A stretch of DNA of 63,961 bases, counting the filler, from an uncultured bacterium (GTDB taxonomy: Bacteria; CAYJOG01): NCBI GenBank assembly GCA_964371695.1. It is 4 parts of 4 records of this genome, joined end to end, with 100 filler letters (N's around TTAATTAATTAA, not from the genome) between each part and the next. Parts side by side here need not be neighbours in the genome. Positions count along the whole stretch, not along the records: positions 48,444 to 63,961 come from CAYJOG010000017.1; 3 more parts are not named here. The stretch is one strand, 5' to 3'. Positions 60,869-63,961 of this stretch are shown piece by piece (within the stretch, counting starts at the first letter, position 1; every line of letters begins with the position of its first letter). The notes under the pieces are model-generated. The model made no database searches. It was not told the DNA's origin and saw only the letters and a program-made list of their open reading frames with translations. The position numbers and the translations under genes are program-made.

Positions 60869-62202
60869 GTCGTCTCCTCGCTCACCACGCCGTCGAGCAA
60901 TGTGGCGCGCCCCCCCGCAAAGGTGTGGCGGGGCCTGCCGCTCAGCCGCCAGCCGATAAAAGGCGTGTTCTGTGATTTGCTCTTGATGCAGGTGCTGTCA
61001 AACGTGAACTCGCCGGTGCTGAGCACGGTGATGTCCGCCACGTCGCCGGGCCGCCAGCGGTTAAAGGGCAGGCCAAACCGCAGGGCTGGTTTCTCACCCA
61101 GCAACTGCACAAACTGCCCCAGGCTGAGGCGGCCCGTGCGCACAAAGTGGTGATACATCAGCGGCACGGCGCTTTCCAGGCCGATGATGCCAAAGGGGGC
61201 GTCGGTCATGGGGGCGTCTTTTTCAAAGGCGGCGTGGGGCGCGTGATCGGTGGCGACAAAATCGATGCCGCCGCGCACCAGACTCTCGGCCAGGGTTTTC
61301 ATTTCTTTTTCGCTTCGCAGGGGCGGGGCCATCTTGAAGTGCGTGTCGTAAGACCGGACGCAACCGGTGTGCAGCAGCACGTGGTGCGGGCTTACCTCGG
61401 CGCTCACGTCCGCGCCACGGCTGCGGGCCTCGCGCACCAGATCCACCGCCCGCTGGGTAGAGACATGGGCCACGTGCAGGCGGCTTTGTTCGGCCTCGCA
61501 CAGCCACACGTCCCGCGCCACGGCCACCCACTCGCTCACGGCGGGAATCCCCTTCAGCCCCAAATCAAAACTCGCGTCGCCTTCGTCAATCACGCCTTCG
61601 CCCTTGAGTTTTTTACACTCGCAGTGGCTGATGATGAGCGCGCCGAATGTTTTGGCGTAGCTCAGGGCAAAGCGCATNNNNNNNNNNAGAGCCGTTCCCT
61701 GAAAGGTAGACCAGTCCCGAATCTGGGCGTCTTCAATCCATTCGCCGTCGTCGCTGAAGGCCACGGCCCCCGCCTGAAGCAGGGCGTGGAAACTGGTGAG
61801 GTGCTCGCCCTTCATGCCCATCGTCACGGTGGCCACGGGATACATCCGCCCCAGGTGGGCCTCTTTGGCGCGGCGCAGCACATAATGCACGGCTTCGGGC
61901 TGGTCGATGGGCGGGCTGGTGTTGGCCATGGCCACCACCTGACTGAAGCCCCCCGCCGCCGCCGCCGCCAGACCGGTGCGAATGGTCTCTTTGTGGGACT
62001 GCCCCGGCTCGCGGAAATGCACGTGGGCGTCGGTGAGGCCCGGCAGCACCACATCGCCCCCCACGTCCAGCACACGGTCGGCCCTGGCGGGCATGTCTGT
62101 GCCCACCGCCAGAATGCCCGACTCGTCAAACAACACGTCCGAGAACACCGGCTCGCTGTCCAGGTTCAGCAGCACCCGACCGCCTTTAAGGAGTGTCCGC
62201 AT
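60865..62202 (-). CDS. pyrC: Dihydroorotase (contains a small N gap)
   Basis: [26 protein letters not shown] and ATDHAPH motifs. Confidence 0.95.
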   Translation of the reverse strand: MRTLLKGGRVLLNLDSEPVFSDVLFDESGILAVGTDMPARADRVLDVGGDVVLPGLTDAHVHFREPGQSHKETIRTGLAAAAAGGFSQVVAMANTSPPIDQPEAVHYVLRRAKEAHLGRMYPVATVTMGMKGEHLTSFHALLQAGAVAFSDDGEWIEDAQIRDWSTFQGTAXXXXMRFALSYAKTFGALIISHCECKKLKGEGVIDEGDASFDLGLKGIPAVSEWVAVARDVWLCEAEQSRLHVAHVSTQRAVDLVREARSRGADVSAEVSPHHVLLHTGCVRSYDTHFKMAPPLRSEKEMKTLAESLVRGGIDFVATDHAPHAAFEKDAPMTDAPFGIIGLESAVPLMYHHFVRTGRLSLGQFVQLLGEKPALRFGLPFNRWRPGDVADITVLSTGEFTFDSTCIKSKSQNTPFIGWRLSGRPRHTFAGGRATLLDGVVSEETT

Positions 62203-63148
62203 GGGCGTCCTCCCTTTCGGACTGGGGCGCGCCGCCCGCCAGCAGCCAATAAAGTATGGCCATGCGCATGGGCACGCCGTTGCGCACCTGATCGAGAATC
62301 AGCGTGTTCTCCCAGTCCGCCGCCGCTTCGTCAATTTCCACGTTGCGGTTGATGGGGCCGGGGTGAAGGATTTTGAGATTGGGGTTGACCTTGAGCACCT
62401 GCTCCAGACGCAGGCCGTAGAGGTTGAAATATTCGCCGATGCTGGGGATGTAGCCCTTGCCCTGGCGCTCCTGCTGGATACGCAGCAGATACACCACGTC
62501 CACCGTGCGCAGCAGGTCGTCGGTCATGCGCCAGGAGATGCGGTGGGCGTAGCGTTCCACCCCCGCCGGAATCAGCGTGGGCGGGGCCACGATGGTGGCC
62601 TGCACCCCCAGTTGACCGTAGGCGAACAGGTGGCTGCGGGCCACGCGGCTGTGCAGGATGTCGCCCATGATGCACACCCGCAGGCCCTCGAGTTTGCCGA
62701 ACTCCTCGCGCAGGGTGTAGAGGTCCAGCAGCGCCTGGGTGGGGTGCTCGTGAATGCCGTCTCCGCCGTTGATGATGGGCAGGTTGCTCCAGCGGGCGAA
62801 AAGGTCGGCGATGCCGGGGCTGGGGTGGCGCACCACAATCAGGTTGCCCCCCAGGGCCTCGATGGTATAGAGCGTGTCTTTGAGCGACTCGCCCTTGCTC
62901 AGCGAACTGGTGCCGGGCGAGAAGTTCACCACGTCGGCGCTGAGCATGTTGGCCGCCACCTCGAAACTGGTGCGGGTGCGGGTGCTGTTTTCAAAGAACA
63001 GCGTCACCACGGTTTTGCCCTTGAGCACCGGGGCCTTGCGCACACGACGGCGGGCCACCTCGGCAAAGTTGTGGGCGGTGTCCATGAGCCAGTCATAGTC
63101 GGCCCGCGTGAGACCGCGCACGCTGGTGAGGTGTCTTATGCCGCTCAT
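62186..63148 (-). CDS. pyrB: Aspartate carbamoyltransferase catalytic subunit
   Basis: [26 protein letters not shown] and HPGP motifs; ATG 63148 overlaps the pyrR stop. Confidence 0.97.
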   Translation of the reverse strand: MSGIRHLTSVRGLTRADYDWLMDTAHNFAEVARRRVRKAPVLKGKTVVTLFFENSTRTRTSFEVAANMLSADVVNFSPGTSSLSKGESLKDTLYTIEALGGNLIVVRHPSPGIADLFARWSNLPIINGGDGIHEHPTQALLDLYTLREEFGKLEGLRVCIMGDILHSRVARSHLFAYGQLGVQATIVAPPTLIPAGVERYAHRISWRMTDDLLRTVDVVYLLRIQQERQGKGYIPSIGEYFNLYGLRLEQVLKVNPNLKILHPGPINRNVEIDEAAADWENTLILDQVRNGVPMRMAILYWLLAGGAPQSEREDAHADTP

Positions 63149-63702
63149 TTGCGCCGCTCCGGTTCGCGGTCCAGCACCACGCGGTCTTCGCCGTCTACTT
63201 CGCGCAGCTTCACCAGAATCCACTCATCGCGGCTGGAGGGCAGGTTTTTGCCCACAAAATCGGCCTTGATGGGCAACTCGCGGTGCCCCCGGTCTATCAG
63301 CACCGCCAGTTGCACGCAGGCGGGGCGGCCAAAATCCATGAGGGCGTCGAGCGCCGAGCGGATGGTGCGACCCGTGTAAAGCACCTCGTCGCACAGCACG
63401 ATGACCCGGCCCTCCACCTCAAAAGGAATGTCGGTTTCGCGCACCGAAGGCTGGTGCGAAAGATGGGCCACGTCGTCGCGGTAAAGGGCGATGTCCAGCT
63501 TGCCGATGGGCGGGGCCGCGCCCTCCACTTCTTCAATGGCGGCCTGCAGGCGGTGCGCGAGAGGCACACCCCGCGTCTGCAAACCCACCAGCGCCAGACC
63601 AGCCGCGCCCTTGTTGCGCTCCAGAATTTCATGGGCCATGCGGCGGATCATGCGCTCCACGGTGGGGCCGTCGGCCAGGTCTATCCAGCGCTCGGTGCTC
63701 AC
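63145..63702 (-). CDS. pyrR: PyrR attenuation regulator / uracil phosphoribosyltransferase
   Basis: RMAHEILE, LDIALYRDD, LYTGRT and DRGHRELPI motifs. Confidence 0.96.
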   Translation of the reverse strand: MSTERWIDLADGPTVERMIRRMAHEILERNKGAAGLALVGLQTRGVPLAHRLQAAIEEVEGAAPPIGKLDIALYRDDVAHLSHQPSVRETDIPFEVEGRVIVLCDEVLYTGRTIRSALDALMDFGRPACVQLAVLIDRGHRELPIKADFVGKNLPSSRDEWILVKLREVDGEDRVVLDREPERRK

Positions 63703-63721
63703 GGGCAGCCTCCCGGAACAG

Positions 63722-63827
63722 AAAAAAGAAAAATCCCTGGCCGTGTTTCAGGTTTAAGGCGCTCGCGCCCCTGGAATTTTTTCACCTTCTGCTCCCTTCT
63801 CAGGCTCTCTGGCCTGAATTAAAGGTT
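63722..63827 (-). promoter_or_regulatory. PyrR-binding RNA element and putative attenuator
   Basis: Minus strand reads CCTTTAATTCAGGCCAGAGAGCCTGAGAAGGG (CUUUAA plus CCAGAGAG loop typical of PyrR sites), followed by a CCTG..CAGG stem and U-rich tract before pyrR. Confidence 0.8.
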
Positions 63828-63871
63828 CAGACGAGTTTAGGCCCCGCCGGGGCGGTGTCAAATCGGGGGAC

Positions 63872-63945
63872 GGGAGGTTGGGGGTTGGGGGTTGGAGGTT
63901 GGAGGTCGGAAGTTGGAGGTTGGTGGTTGGTGGTTGGTGGCTGGA
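63872..63945. repeat. Heptamer tandem repeat (GG[A/G/T]GGTT)n
   Basis: About ten imperfect 7-nt units; shorter related runs at ~26512-26535, 7520-7535 and 56421-56447. Confidence 0.8.
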
Positions 63946-63961
63946 AAAGAAAAAGGCGACC

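Overview
High-GC bacterial draft or metagenome-type sequence made of at least four joined pieces. Artificial N..TTAATTAATTAA..N linkers lie at 16339-16438, 32376-32475 and 48344-48443, so adjacency across them is not biological. Most of the window is housekeeping: an HDAC-family deacetylase, lipoate ligases, a Cu(I) P-type ATPase operon, queD, ybaB-dnaX, GST, an S41 protease, tRNA-Arg(CCT), ComEC, penicillin acylase, ppsA, flgBC, ychF and a PyrR-attenuated pyrR-pyrB-pyrC-carA-carB operon. The standout is a clade II-type nitrous oxide reductase cluster (38188-47201, minus strand) with two tandem, ATGA-coupled, full-length nosZ paralogues that have lost complementary metal sites. The first keeps an intact CuA site but lacks all seven CuZ histidines. 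The second keeps all seven CuZ histidines, has lost the CuA His/Cys/Met ligands and carries a C-terminal cytochrome c. This suggests an obligate heterodimeric, split-function N2O reductase (inference). Other points of interest are a PASTA pseudokinase, a frameshifted SLH/outer-membrane protein, an AT-richer Schlafen/AlbA_2 + ParA-like cassette, a giant modular surface protein, a dispersed ~125-bp structured element upstream of two genes, and several REP-like repeat families.
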